This document shows, piece after piece, positions 38,765 to 48,800 of a stretch of 64,000 nucleotides of DNA. This DNA is from an uncultured Gammaproteobacteria bacterium. GTDB taxonomy: Bacteria > Patescibacteriota > Microgenomatia > Daviesbacterales > UBA10151. The position numbers and the translations under genes were made by a program. Under the pieces are notes generated by a model. The model saw only the letters and a list, made by a program, of their open reading frames with translations, searched no databases and had not been told where the DNA came from. The first letter of the stretch is position 1. Each line of letters opens with the position of its first letter. The stretch is taken from contig CAYUPO010000004.1 in assembly GCA_964446685.1 (NCBI GenBank), positions 20,164 to 84,163 on the forward strand, read 5' to 3'.

Positions 38765-40414
38765 ATGAAAACAATTCACAAACTAACTCCTTCCCAAATT
38801 GCCAAAATAGCCGCCGGTGAAGTTATTGAAAAACCAGCTTTTGCAGTCAAAGAACTAATTGAAAATTCACTTGATGCCCAGTCAAAACATATCCAGATTT
38901 TTATTGAGGAGGGTGGTCTTAAAAAAATTCTGATCATTGATGATGGTGTAGGTATGTCTGAAGAAGACCTCAAAGAATGTTTCAAACTACATACCACCAG
39001 CAAAGTCACACAGGATGATTCTTTAAATGCCATCAGATCAATGGGTTTTCGGGGTGAAGCTTTGGCCTCTCTGGCTTCCATCAGCCGGATGTCACTTCAA
39101 AGCCGGACAAATAAAGCTCCCTCCGGAACCAAAATCACACTTGCAGAAGGGAAATTATTATCCTCCTCTCCTATTGGCATGCCTTACGGCACCCAAATTG
39201 AGATCAGAGATCTCTTTTACTCTGTTCCAGGCAGAAAAAAATTTATGGAAAATCCCCAAAAGGAATACCGGACTATCCTGGATTGGGTTATCCGGATCGC
39301 CTTAGCCAATCCAACCATTCGTTTTACACTAACTCACAATAAAAAATTAGTCTTTGACCTGCCAGGTGATCAGGAAGTTATGGATCGGCTTAAATATTTT
39401 CTGAAGGAAGATTTTAAACTTTTACCTATTAATTTCGAAGATACTTATGTCAATATCAGCGGCTTTACTTCCTCAGCTTCTATTTCAACTTCCAGTTCAT
39501 CCAAACAGTTTATCTTTGTTAACAACCGCCCAATAACCGATAAATTAGTTTCAACAGCCATCAAAGAGGCATATGGTACAACAATTGAACACAATAAATA
39601 TCCAATTTATTTTATCCATATCTCTGTCCCACCGGAAATGGTAGATGTAAATGTTCACCCCAGAAAAGAGCAAGTAAATTTACTCAATCGTCAATTAATT
39701 TTTGATCAGGTCCAAAAAGCTATTTTCCAGACTTTGCAGATAAGTCATCCCTTATCTGAGATTTCAAAGCCCCCCTCTATTACAAAATCGTTTGCCGGAG
39801 AGATTTTAAGGGGTCAGGACGAATTATTTATGCTGGAAAAAAAATTCGTCAACTTAGATAAAATATTACAAATACATGATTTATTTTTATTAATTCAGGC
39901 ACAAAATGGACTAATTATTGTTGATCAACATGCTGCACATGAGCGAATTTTATATGAACAATTTAAAAAAGATTTTGAAAATAAAAAAAATAAAAAATTT
40001 AAACTTTTACACCCTCTAAAACCAGAATTTTCGATACTGGAAAATCAAATTCTGTTAGAAAACAAGGGATTTCTGGAAAATCTCGGATTTTCAGTAAATT
40101 TTAAAACAGGTACATCTATTACTCATATTCCGGAGTTACTAAAGGATCGAAATATTACCGAAATCCTAACCGAATTCATTGAACAGATCATTCAAGAAAA
40201 AAGTATTTCAATAGACTTAAAATCAGACCAGCTGCTGAAATATCTAGCCTGTAGAAGTGCAATCAAATCAGGCGATAGAATAGACACAAAACAGGCAAAA
40301 TCTCTGGTTGAAAAGCTATTTCAAACCCCAAACCACACCCACTGCCCCCACGGCCGCCCAACCTTCATTCTTCAACCGCTAAAGGAATTAAATAAACAGT
40401 TTAAACGTTTCTAG
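38765..40414 (+). CDS. mutL: DNA mismatch repair protein MutL
   Basis: N-terminal IAKIAAGEVIEKPAFAVKELIENSLDA ATPase motif; C-terminal CPHGRP endonuclease-domain motif. Confidence 0.95.
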   Translation: MKTIHKLTPSQIAKIAAGEVIEKPAFAVKELIENSLDAQSKHIQIFIEEGGLKKILIIDDGVGMSEEDLKECFKLHTTSKVTQDDSLNAIRSMGFRGEALASLASISRMSLQSRTNKAPSGTKITLAEGKLLSSSPIGMPYGTQIEIRDLFYSVPGRKKFMENPQKEYRTILDWVIRIALANPTIRFTLTHNKKLVFDLPGDQEVMDRLKYFLKEDFKLLPINFEDTYVNISGFTSSASISTSSSSKQFIFVNNRPITDKLVSTAIKEAYGTTIEHNKYPIYFIHISVPPEMVDVNVHPRKEQVNLLNRQLIFDQVQKAIFQTLQISHPLSEISKPPSITKSFAGEILRGQDELFMLEKKFVNLDKILQIHDLFLLIQAQNGLIIVDQHAAHERILYEQFKKDFENKKNKKFKLLHPLKPEFSILENQILLENKGFLENLGFSVNFKTGTSITHIPELLKDRNITEILTEFIEQIIQEKSISIDLKSDQLLKYLACRSAIKSGDRIDTKQAKSLVEKLFQTPNHTHCPHGRPTFILQPLKELNKQFKRF

Positions 40415-40598
40415 CATTTGTAATACTGCCTCTGACATTCATATCTACTTCGCCAAAGGCTTTGCCAGACAAGCACAGGCATAAATTCAAATATAACTTA
40501 GATAATAGATTGACAGATGATTGTTTTTACAGTATTGTTTTACTCCAGAGAGATGAATATCTGGAAATCAAAAAACAATTTAAATATTTTTTCCCACT

Positions 40599-40622
40599 AG
40601 AGCCACAGGGCTCTTTTTTTTT
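40599..40622 (+). terminator. rho-independent terminator after mutL
   Basis: agagcc-aca-gggctct followed by T9. Confidence 0.6.
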
Positions 40623-40645
40623 GGAAAAATAGTTAGAAAACATAT

Positions 40646-41140
40646 ATGCATGAAGTAAAATTATGGCATCCAGAATTACCAAACCTTTCTGGAGGTAATG
40701 ATAAGTTAAAAATCGGAGTCGCCTCTGTAGGGAGATTACTCACAATAATATCAGAAGATGCCCCTTCACTTAGACTGGGTGGTTTACCTTCACATCATTT
40801 AAAAAGAATTGCTCAGTATAGCGATCAAACTCCGTTGTGGATGATAAACCATCTGGGAATATCACAACCTGATTATATCGGAAAAAGTAACAATTTTGAT
40901 TTTGATATCCTTTTAAAAGAAAATGAATTTCTTGTAAAAGAACCCGACGAGTACAGACAATCCAGACATCTACAAATGATGGTGCAAGCGATTTTAAGAG
41001 GCGAACTACCACCAAATCGATACACAGATTTAATCCCAGATCAATGGCAAGATCAGATCGCTCAAGAAATAGCTAAATATGATTCAGGTCAAAAAAGATT
41101 CGTTGGACTGAAAGCTAAAGATCTTTTTACAACTACCTAG
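40646..41140 (+). CDS. hypothetical protein
   Basis: 164-aa ORF with no recognised motif. Confidence 0.4.
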   Translation: MHEVKLWHPELPNLSGGNDKLKIGVASVGRLLTIISEDAPSLRLGGLPSHHLKRIAQYSDQTPLWMINHLGISQPDYIGKSNNFDFDILLKENEFLVKEPDEYRQSRHLQMMVQAILRGELPPNRYTDLIPDQWQDQIAQEIAKYDSGQKRFVGLKAKDLFTTT

Positions 41141-41195
41141 GAAAAAATAGCCATTTTGTGCTAAAATTTACCAGTTCAAGACGTTTAAACAAAAT

Positions 41196-41266
41196 TGCCG
41201 AGTCGTCTAATGGTAGGACGACAGATTCTGGATCTGTCTATTGGGGTTCAAATCCCTGCTCGGCAA
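41196..41266 (+). tRNA. tRNA-Gln (anticodon CUG)
   Basis: Acceptor tgccgag/ctcggca, D arm cgtc-taatggtag-gacg, anticodon arm acaga-ttCTGga-tctgt, T arm tgggg-ttcaaat-ccctg; no encoded CCA. Confidence 0.7.
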
Positions 41267-41311
41267 CAAGATTAATTTCATAAACTGCAATGAACGAAGT
41301 TCAAGCAGCAA

Positions 41312-41389
41312 CGACAGATTCTGGATCTGTCTACTTCCGCAGGAAGGAGGAGTTTACTCCTCATTGGGGTTCAAATCCCTGCTCGGCAA
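41312..41389 (+). repeat. partial duplicate of the tRNA-Gln 3' half with a 30-nt insertion (att-like scar)
   Basis: acagattctggatctgtcta + cttccgcaggaaggaggagtttactcctca + ttggggttcaaatccctgctcggcaacaa. There is no complementary 5' acceptor strand upstream. Confidence 0.6.
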
Positions 41390-41507
41390 CAAAGGCTTAT
41401 TTGATCACCATTTGCGAAATTATAGCGATTTTGGGGTTGAGGCTGTGTTAATATACCTCAACTAGATCTTTTGAAATAAAGCATAATTGAACAGCATTTA
41501 TGTGGGA

Positions 41508-42014
41508 TTATATTTTGTTAAACCTTATAAGAGAATCATAAGGTTTAACACCAGTTTCAATTCGTTCAGGGATATCATAAGGTGAGTGAACAACTAAAAA
41601 TTCCAAATTTTTGAACTTTTCTGGCAACTCATGTCCCAGGTTTGTTGAATTTATCCCATTCCATAAATACCAATAACCAACCTTTCCGGACTTATAATCA
41701 ACGAATGCAGATATAAACTCTGGAAATATAAAATCTTTAACTTCGCTATGACCAACAATCTTCCATAAACCTATTTTGATAGCAGCCATCAATCCAGTTA
41801 TTACAGGTGGAAAAAGTTCTTTTCTTGCAATAATGTCTTCAATTGGAATCTGCTCTTCTAAATTGGTAATCAGATCAAAAACTTTTATTAGTGGACCATT
41901 TTTTGAATCCCAAAAGACATATTGTCCAAAAGCCTTTTTATTGTTTGACAAAGGAATTTCAAAAATATCACCCACTTTAATAAATTTATTATTCATCGGC
42001 AAATTATAACCCAA
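41508..42014 (-). CDS. putative immunity protein for the orphan Rhs C-terminal toxin
   Basis: 168-aa cytoplasmic ORF immediately downstream of, and overlapping, the orphan toxin cassette. The assignment is by position only. Confidence 0.35.
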   Translation of the reverse strand: MGYNLPMNNKFIKVGDIFEIPLSNNKKAFGQYVFWDSKNGPLIKVFDLITNLEEQIPIEDIIARKELFPPVITGLMAAIKIGLWKIVGHSEVKDFIFPEFISAFVDYKSGKVGYWYLWNGINSTNLGHELPEKFKNLEFLVVHSPYDIPERIETGVKPYDSLIRFNKI

Positions 42015-42540
42015 CTCTATTTAAAATATCACTTCCTTTTGTAACTGATTCATTATATATAGGGTTTTGAGGTGAAATACTGTTGATTTTGTTCAATAAG
42101 TTTCCAAGTCCGCTATTTTCAATTAATACTTGTTCAACTGCTTTAGCATCAGATCTTGTTAATCCGGTTAATCCTGGAATCCCTTGAAGTGATATGCCTT
42201 TAGTTGCTAAATGTTCCGAAGCTCTTCTTGCTAAATCATTAGTGATTCCATAGTAATAAGGAACTCCATTTTTAAGTGCCTGATAAACAGACACTGCTGC
42301 TTTAACCTCATTAGTACAATCACCATCTCTACATGCTGCCGCAGTACAGACGGAGCCAAGTTTTAGAAGTCCTCCAACAAACTGACCTGAAGGATCTGAT
42401 AGATTAATAGGATCAGTATTTGCAAAATTGTACCCATTTTGTGTATTAGGCTGATTAATGATACCTTCAACAGGATCTTTTGAGATAAATCCTCCTATTG
42501 TTGGGTCATAGTAGCAGATCTTTGTAAAAATTATAAATAC
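42004..42540 (-). CDS. orphan Rhs C-terminal cassette: core-end motif plus GIY-YIG-like nuclease toxin domain (no N-terminal body, no ATG at the 5' edge)
   Basis: The reverse-strand reading frame gives YYDPTIGGFISKDPVEGIINQPNTQNGYNFANTDPINLSDPSG, paralogous to the full-length Rhs core end. It is followed by VSVYQALKNGVPYYYGITNDLARRASEH...E...N, the GIY-x10-YIG-R-H-E-N pattern. Confidence 0.5.
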   Translation of the reverse strand, partial: VFIIFTKICYYDPTIGGFISKDPVEGIINQPNTQNGYNFANTDPINLSDPSGQFVGGLLKLGSVCTAAACRDGDCTNEVKAAVSVYQALKNGVPYYYGITNDLARRASEHLATKGISLQGIPGLTGLTRSDAKAVEQVLIENSGLGNLLNKINSISPQNPIYNESVTKGSDILNRVGL

Positions 42541-42554
42541 AACACCAATTGGTA

Positions 42555-42866
42555 TCAGTATATATTAAACAATATTATGCCTACAAAAAATGTCAAAAAA
42601 GCAATTATGAAGCTAAACCTTACTGCTAGAATTTCCTTTCTTAATTTATTATTTTTAAGATTTTTAGAAAAAAGATCATGGTAATACATTTCAGATTCTT
42701 CTGTGGTAGTTCGCTTATAATACAAAAAGTCACTAAAACCACTATCAGGCCTTTTGTTTATTTTTCGAAGTTTTTGAAAATACTTTACCGTTGTAACAAA
42801 CAAAAGTAATCCAATACCAAAATAAACAATAAAAAATGTAATTCTTATAGTTAAACTCAGATCCAT
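42555..42866 (-). CDS. small two-transmembrane-helix membrane protein, putative immunity protein of the full-length Rhs toxin
   Basis: 103 aa with two hydrophobic helices, directly downstream of the rhs gene. Confidence 0.4.
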   Translation of the reverse strand: MDLSLTIRITFFIVYFGIGLLLFVTTVKYFQKLRKINKRPDSGFSDFLYYKRTTTEESEMYYHDLFSKNLKNNKLRKEILAVRFSFIIAFLTFFVGIILFNIY

Positions 42867-42888
42867 ATAATCGCTTTATAAAACTTAT

Positions 42889-45800
42889 TTAGAATAGAAC
42901 AAATAAGGCATCTTTAACAGCCTCTAAAAATGTATATTTAGACGTATACTCAATTCCGGCAGGTTTAACATCAACAGGTAAGGCACCGATTCCTCCACTG
43001 ATTCCCATATTAGTTTGGTTTAACTGCTTAGTAATGGGATCAAAATTACCTTGCCCAGTAACCCCTACACGCACAGGAAAAGGAAGATCAATAGAACCTC
43101 CTGATACTACACTCATTCCATGGAGATCTGACATTTTTGAGGCAGATTTGCTATTTAACCAAGTAATATCTCCTCCTAGTGCAATATTCGGATTTGCACC
43201 AAAACTAACTGATTTTGTAGCCCCAACCTGCCAGTTATCCCCAACACCAATACATCTTTGTGTCGAGACATAGCCTCCTGCACCAGCAGAACAGCTAAAA
43301 CATATACCATTTACGGCTAACCCTGAGGGATCTGACAGATTAACTGGATCACCATTTGCAAAGTTGTATCCATTCTGAGTTTGTGGATTTGTTAAGATTC
43401 CTTCAACTGGATCCTTAGAGATAAAGCCTCCTGTGGCCGGGTCGTAGTACCGGGCTCTCATGAAATAGAGGTTTGTTTTGTCATCCAGATCTTCACCTTT
43501 ATATTGGAAATTAGCTGCTGGACCTCCGGTGAGGGAGTTACCGAAGGCATCATATGTATAAGCCTGAATATTGCTACCACCTGCTCCAACTACAAATCTG
43601 GTATTTCCCAGTCCATCCTCCAGATAGTATTTTCTATCAGAGTATCCATCTTTTCCTTCACTAACAAGCCCTACACCATAAATATAACTTGATGAATTAT
43701 TGTTTACATCAACCGTATACAAAACTTTCGACAAGTCACCCGAATTATCATTCACATATTTTAATACTGTAGTTGCTCCGGCTTTCTCAGCAATTCTATT
43801 ACCTTTTCCATCATAGACATATCCGGCATTCTCTCCAGTTGCTGGATTATTGAAACTGATTAATTTATTTTCAAAGTTGTATCCAAAAGATTTTCCATTG
43901 CCCGCTGTAGTGGAATTGGTTCTATTACCATTGTTATCGTAGGCATAAATAGTGCTTCCCTGGGTCGTCAACTGATTATCATTATTGTATGCATAATTTA
44001 TCTGTTGCCCCTGTTTTGTACTTGTCAGCCGATTTCCAACTTTATCATAAGTGTAGCCAAATGAATTATTGTTTGGGTAAGTTGCAGTTATCAAACGCAT
44101 CAGGTTGTCATAAGCAAATGTTGTTTGAGTATTTTCAGGGGATGTGACCTGATTATATTCAAGTTTAACCTGAGCTCCACCTCCCCATTCAAAATATTCC
44201 ATCACAATATTATGTGTACCTGCTGTTAGATTTTTATATACTGAATAAGTTGTTGGAGACTGTCCTCTCCATCCATCTAATACCTTTTCTCCGTCTATAA
44301 ATAGTCTAACCCCATCATCTCCGGTTGCTTTAAACTGATACATACCTGCAGCAAAATTTTGAGCTTTAGTCCATCTGGCTACAAAGTAATCCGATGTCAA
44401 TGAAGGATCTGGTGAAGATCCATCCCAGTTAAAGTTAATGTTTGCATCATTTCTTGAAAATGTCGGAGCTGTGTTTGGAAAGACAAAACCTGAATCAGTC
44501 GCAACATTCCAATATTGACCGGAAAAACCACTATCTGCTCCTGAGAGCTGAGTCATATCGAACTTAGCCACAGCACCCCAACCATCCTCATAGTATTCCA
44601 TAACTACTGTATGATTACCGGAAGTCAGACTTTTATCAGCAGTATAAGTTGTAGGGCCCTGATTGATCCATTTATCAATAATTCTTTCCCCATCAACATA
44701 CAGTCTAACTCCATCATCAGCAGTCACTTTAAACTGGTACACTCCAGCAGATAAGTTAGCTGTTTTAGTCCACTTTGCCATAAATCGATCAGTATCAATA
44801 AGAGGCTCAGGTGAGTTACCTTGCCAGTCGAAGTTAATAGTTGAATCTGTCCTGGTTAATTGGGGAGTGGTAGACGGTATTGTAAAAGAAGTTCCTGACC
44901 CTAAATTCCAATACTGTCCGGTAAAATTGGTCATTGTTGAAGTTGTAGAAATCTGACTAATATCAAGTTTTGCCAATGCACCCCAAGCGTTTTCGTAGTA
45001 TTCCATAATAATTGTATGGTTACCTGCTGCCAAATTTTTATTTATTGAATAAGTAGTAGGACCTTGGTCAACCCATTTATCAATCACTTTTTCTCCATCT
45101 ATAAATAACCTGACTCCATCATCTCCAGTTACGCTAAATTGATAATTTCCGGCAGTCAGATTGGTTGTCTTAGTCCATCTGGCTACAAAGTTGTCTACAT
45201 TAATACCAGCTGCCGGAGAATTTCCTCCCCAATCAAAGTTCACCGTTGTATCAGTTCTGGTGAGATTTGGTGTAGTAGTTGGAATTACCGGATTACTTCC
45301 TGCAGGTACATTCCAGTATTGACCTGTAAATCCCGTAATTGTTGCCTCAAGTTGCGTTACCTCCAATTTAGCGACAGCATCTCCACCATTCTCATAATAT
45401 TCCATTATCACCGTGTGATTACCAGCAGTTAGATTTTTTTCAATTGTTTCTGATGTAGTACCCTGGTCAACCCATTTATTAATAACCTGTTGCCCATCTA
45501 TAAACAACCTAAAACCATCATCACCGGTAACTTTAAAACTATAATTCCCGGCTGCAAAATTTGCTGTTTTCGTCCAGCGAGCAACAAAATTATCAGTATT
45601 AATCGGTGATCCAGGTGTTCCCCCTGCCCAGTTAAAGTTAACCGTGTTATCAGTTCGGGATAATTGCGCGCTAGTTGAAGGAATTGCCGGACTACCACCA
45701 CCTGCTGTATTCCAGTACTGAGCAGAAAAGTCTTTTAGTTCAAAAACCCCAGAGGGAGGGGGAGTTGATAGGCTTGTAGGTATTACTGTTGCATCCAGTA

Positions 45801-48800
45801 ATGAATTTTCGGTAACGGCTGTGATATTTCCAAGATTATTTCTAGTGTAATTAAATTTTGCCAGTGCAATATTTCCCTGTAGATGAGAAACTTCAGTTAT
45901 TTTATTGGCATTATCATATTGGTAATTTGTTTTTATTCCATTTGGATAAGTTCTTGAAGACAAGGTACTATTTTTATTATATTGATAATTAGTCTGCCCA
46001 CCGTTCCAATCATTTATATTGAGTAATCTTCCAGATCCATCATAATTATAAGAAACAGATCGGCTATCCGGATAAGTTATCTTGGTCAGATTATTCGCCA
46101 TATCATATTCATATTGAACCATAGCATTATTTGAATCCTTAGCAGAAATTAAACGATCAAAGACATCATAGGTATATGTTGTTGTTCCTGAAGGATCTAT
46201 CATCGTCAGAAGATTGCCCCGGTTATCATATGTGTATGAAATATTTGTTGTGTTAGGATAGTTTATTTTTTTCAGTCTATTTAGACTGTCATATTCATAA
46301 GTTGTAGTTTGGTTGTTACTATCTATTCTTTTGCTGATATTTCCCACCTGATCATATTCCCATTTCATTACTTTCCCCAAAGGAGTCGTGCTCTGAGTTC
46401 GCTGATTTAATTTGTCATATGCAAATTGAGTAGTTCTGTTTAAAGCGTCTTGCTTGGAAGTTATATTCTGGTATTGATCATATCCATAATTTGTTACTCC
46501 ACTTAGCGCGTCGGTCACTGAATTAAGACTTTGGTTCGCGTTATAACTTAACTGCGTTGAAGAATTATTAGGCTCAGTTATCCTGATTAATTTATTCTCA
46601 GCATTAAATACATTTGTAGTTGTTCCCAAAGAAGTAACAGAAGTCAGCAGATTATTATTGTTATCATATGTAAACGCTGTGGTTTTATTATCAGGGTCTT
46701 TGACCAAAGTTAACCTACCCAAAGTGTCATATGTATAGGTTGTAATATTTGACTGGGGATCTACAGAAGTCAAAATATTATTTAAGCTATCTCTTGTATA
46801 TGCTGCTGTTTTATTAAGCGGATCTGTTACACCAATTAATTGTCCTTTTGGATTGTATGAATATTTAGTGACTTTTGATCCCTCAGTTGTCTGCACCAAA
46901 TTGCCTGCTTGGTCATAACTATAGCTGGTAATTTTATTTCCACTATATCTTTGGTCAGTTGTTTTTGTTACATTATTTTTCACGTCATATTCAAAATTAA
47001 CACTAACCCCTGCAGGATCTTTTTTAGAAACAACATTTCCATTTGCATCATAATTAAAAGTAGAAATGTTTCCTTTTTTATCCTTTACAGTGAGAGGAGC
47101 GAACTCCGTTCCGTAGGTATATTCCTGTGCGTTATTTAAAGCATCCTGCTCTTTAAGAACTCTTACTTTATTATCAAAAATAGTCTTTCCCACCCGACCT
47201 TGATTATCTGATGAAGTAACAGTATTGGTAGTATTATCATAAGCGTATGTAACTATTTTTCCGTTAGCATCTTTTTGTGTGAGTAGCCGACCATCAGCAT
47301 TATAAGTATTAGTCAACACTAGCTGATTTAATCGATTAGTAATGGTTAGTAAACGATTATTGCTATCGTAAGCATATTTTGTTGCGCTACCTTTTGGATC
47401 ATTGACTGAAGTTAAGTTTCCTAAAGAGTCATAACCATAAGTTGTAACTCTTCCAGCCCAATCAGTAATAATATTTACTAATCCAGTAGTTGCGTTATAA
47501 GCCAAATTCAAATAATGGTTATTATCATCTTTTATCTGTGTCAGCTTACTATTACCGTCATAATAATAACTAATTTTATTCCCATTTTTATCTTTAATCT
47601 GTGTTAGTTTAAGTGAGGCATCAAAAATATACTCTGTTTGATCTATTGTTCTGGCAAAGTAACTTCCATCAGGCTTAATAAAAAATTTAGTATGAAAAGC
47701 AGGGTCTAAGGCAGTGTATTCACCACCACAATATCGATACTCAAATGTTTCTCTTTTACCATCCTGAAATGTTAAAGCAACTTTTCTATATCCATAGCCT
47801 TCATTTGGGCATCCAAGTTTTTCATCCCAACCCCAGTATGTTTGAGTCAAACTAGCTGGAAATAAATCCCATCCATTACCTATACTATTTTGAGCACTAC
47901 TATAAGAATTATATGCTCTGTTCAACTGCAATGATAAATCATTACTAACAGAAGTTGAAAAATCAGAAACTGCGGTAGAATACGATCCTACACTTCTAAA
48001 CGCCTCCGCTTCCACTGCAACTGAATCATAAGTTTGACCATTGCTGACAAAAGTCCAATGAACATCTTCTTTATTAACTGACTGAGATTGAGAAGCACTT
48101 TTTAAAGTACTAGCCATCCCAGAATCAGCAATATACGTATTGGCAGTTGAGAAATCCGCACCACCGCTAATTTGAGTATCGGTATTCCCTTGAGTCACCC
48201 ACGGAGTATATAAACGTGGTTTAGTTCGGGCCGTAGGATTATAGTTTGGCTGATAATTCTTTGCCCATTCAAAATTATTAGCAATTCCGGCATCTTTGAT
48301 CCATTTAATAACTCCAACAATTTGAGACAACTGTTTCGTTTGTAAATATGATGGTGATTCCTTAGCAAATTCATCATAAAGATCAGTTTGCTGTTGAGCA
48401 AAAGCAATCGCTGCATTGTTCCACTGTGGTGAGTTAGCTGCACTTGTTGGTTCTGTTAAAATCTGCATTTTAACTTGATCAAAAATAAAAGATTTTGACA
48501 CATCATCTTTTTTCAAACTTACTAGTTTTGGTGTAATCCACCATCTAGATCCTGGTGATCCAGAAGTAATTCCATTCTCTTGATATCTTTGCCAAAAAGA
48601 TTTGTAGCCTGCTACAGTAGATACAAGTACAGAACCATCAGCATTATAACCTTGACTATATTGTTTCATTTTATAATCAGCATCAAGAATAGTTTGCCCA
48701 AATTTAGTATCTTCTAAACCATCACTAAATATGACCTGCATTGGTTGAGTACGATTAGTATCATTGACTTGCGTTTCAAGACTTACAAATGGAATTGCAT

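Noticed and set aside
41312-41389. Second complete tRNA (long-variable-arm type) downstream of tRNA-Gln
   Set aside because: No 5' acceptor strand complementary to ctcggca exists upstream. The segment is a partial 3' duplicate with an insertion.
43034-48443. Plus-strand ORFs inside the rhs gene (43034..43273, 44663..44956, 45139..45432, 46909..47139 and others)
   Set aside because: They are antisense to a long, motif-rich coding sequence and mirror its internal repeats; they are artefacts.
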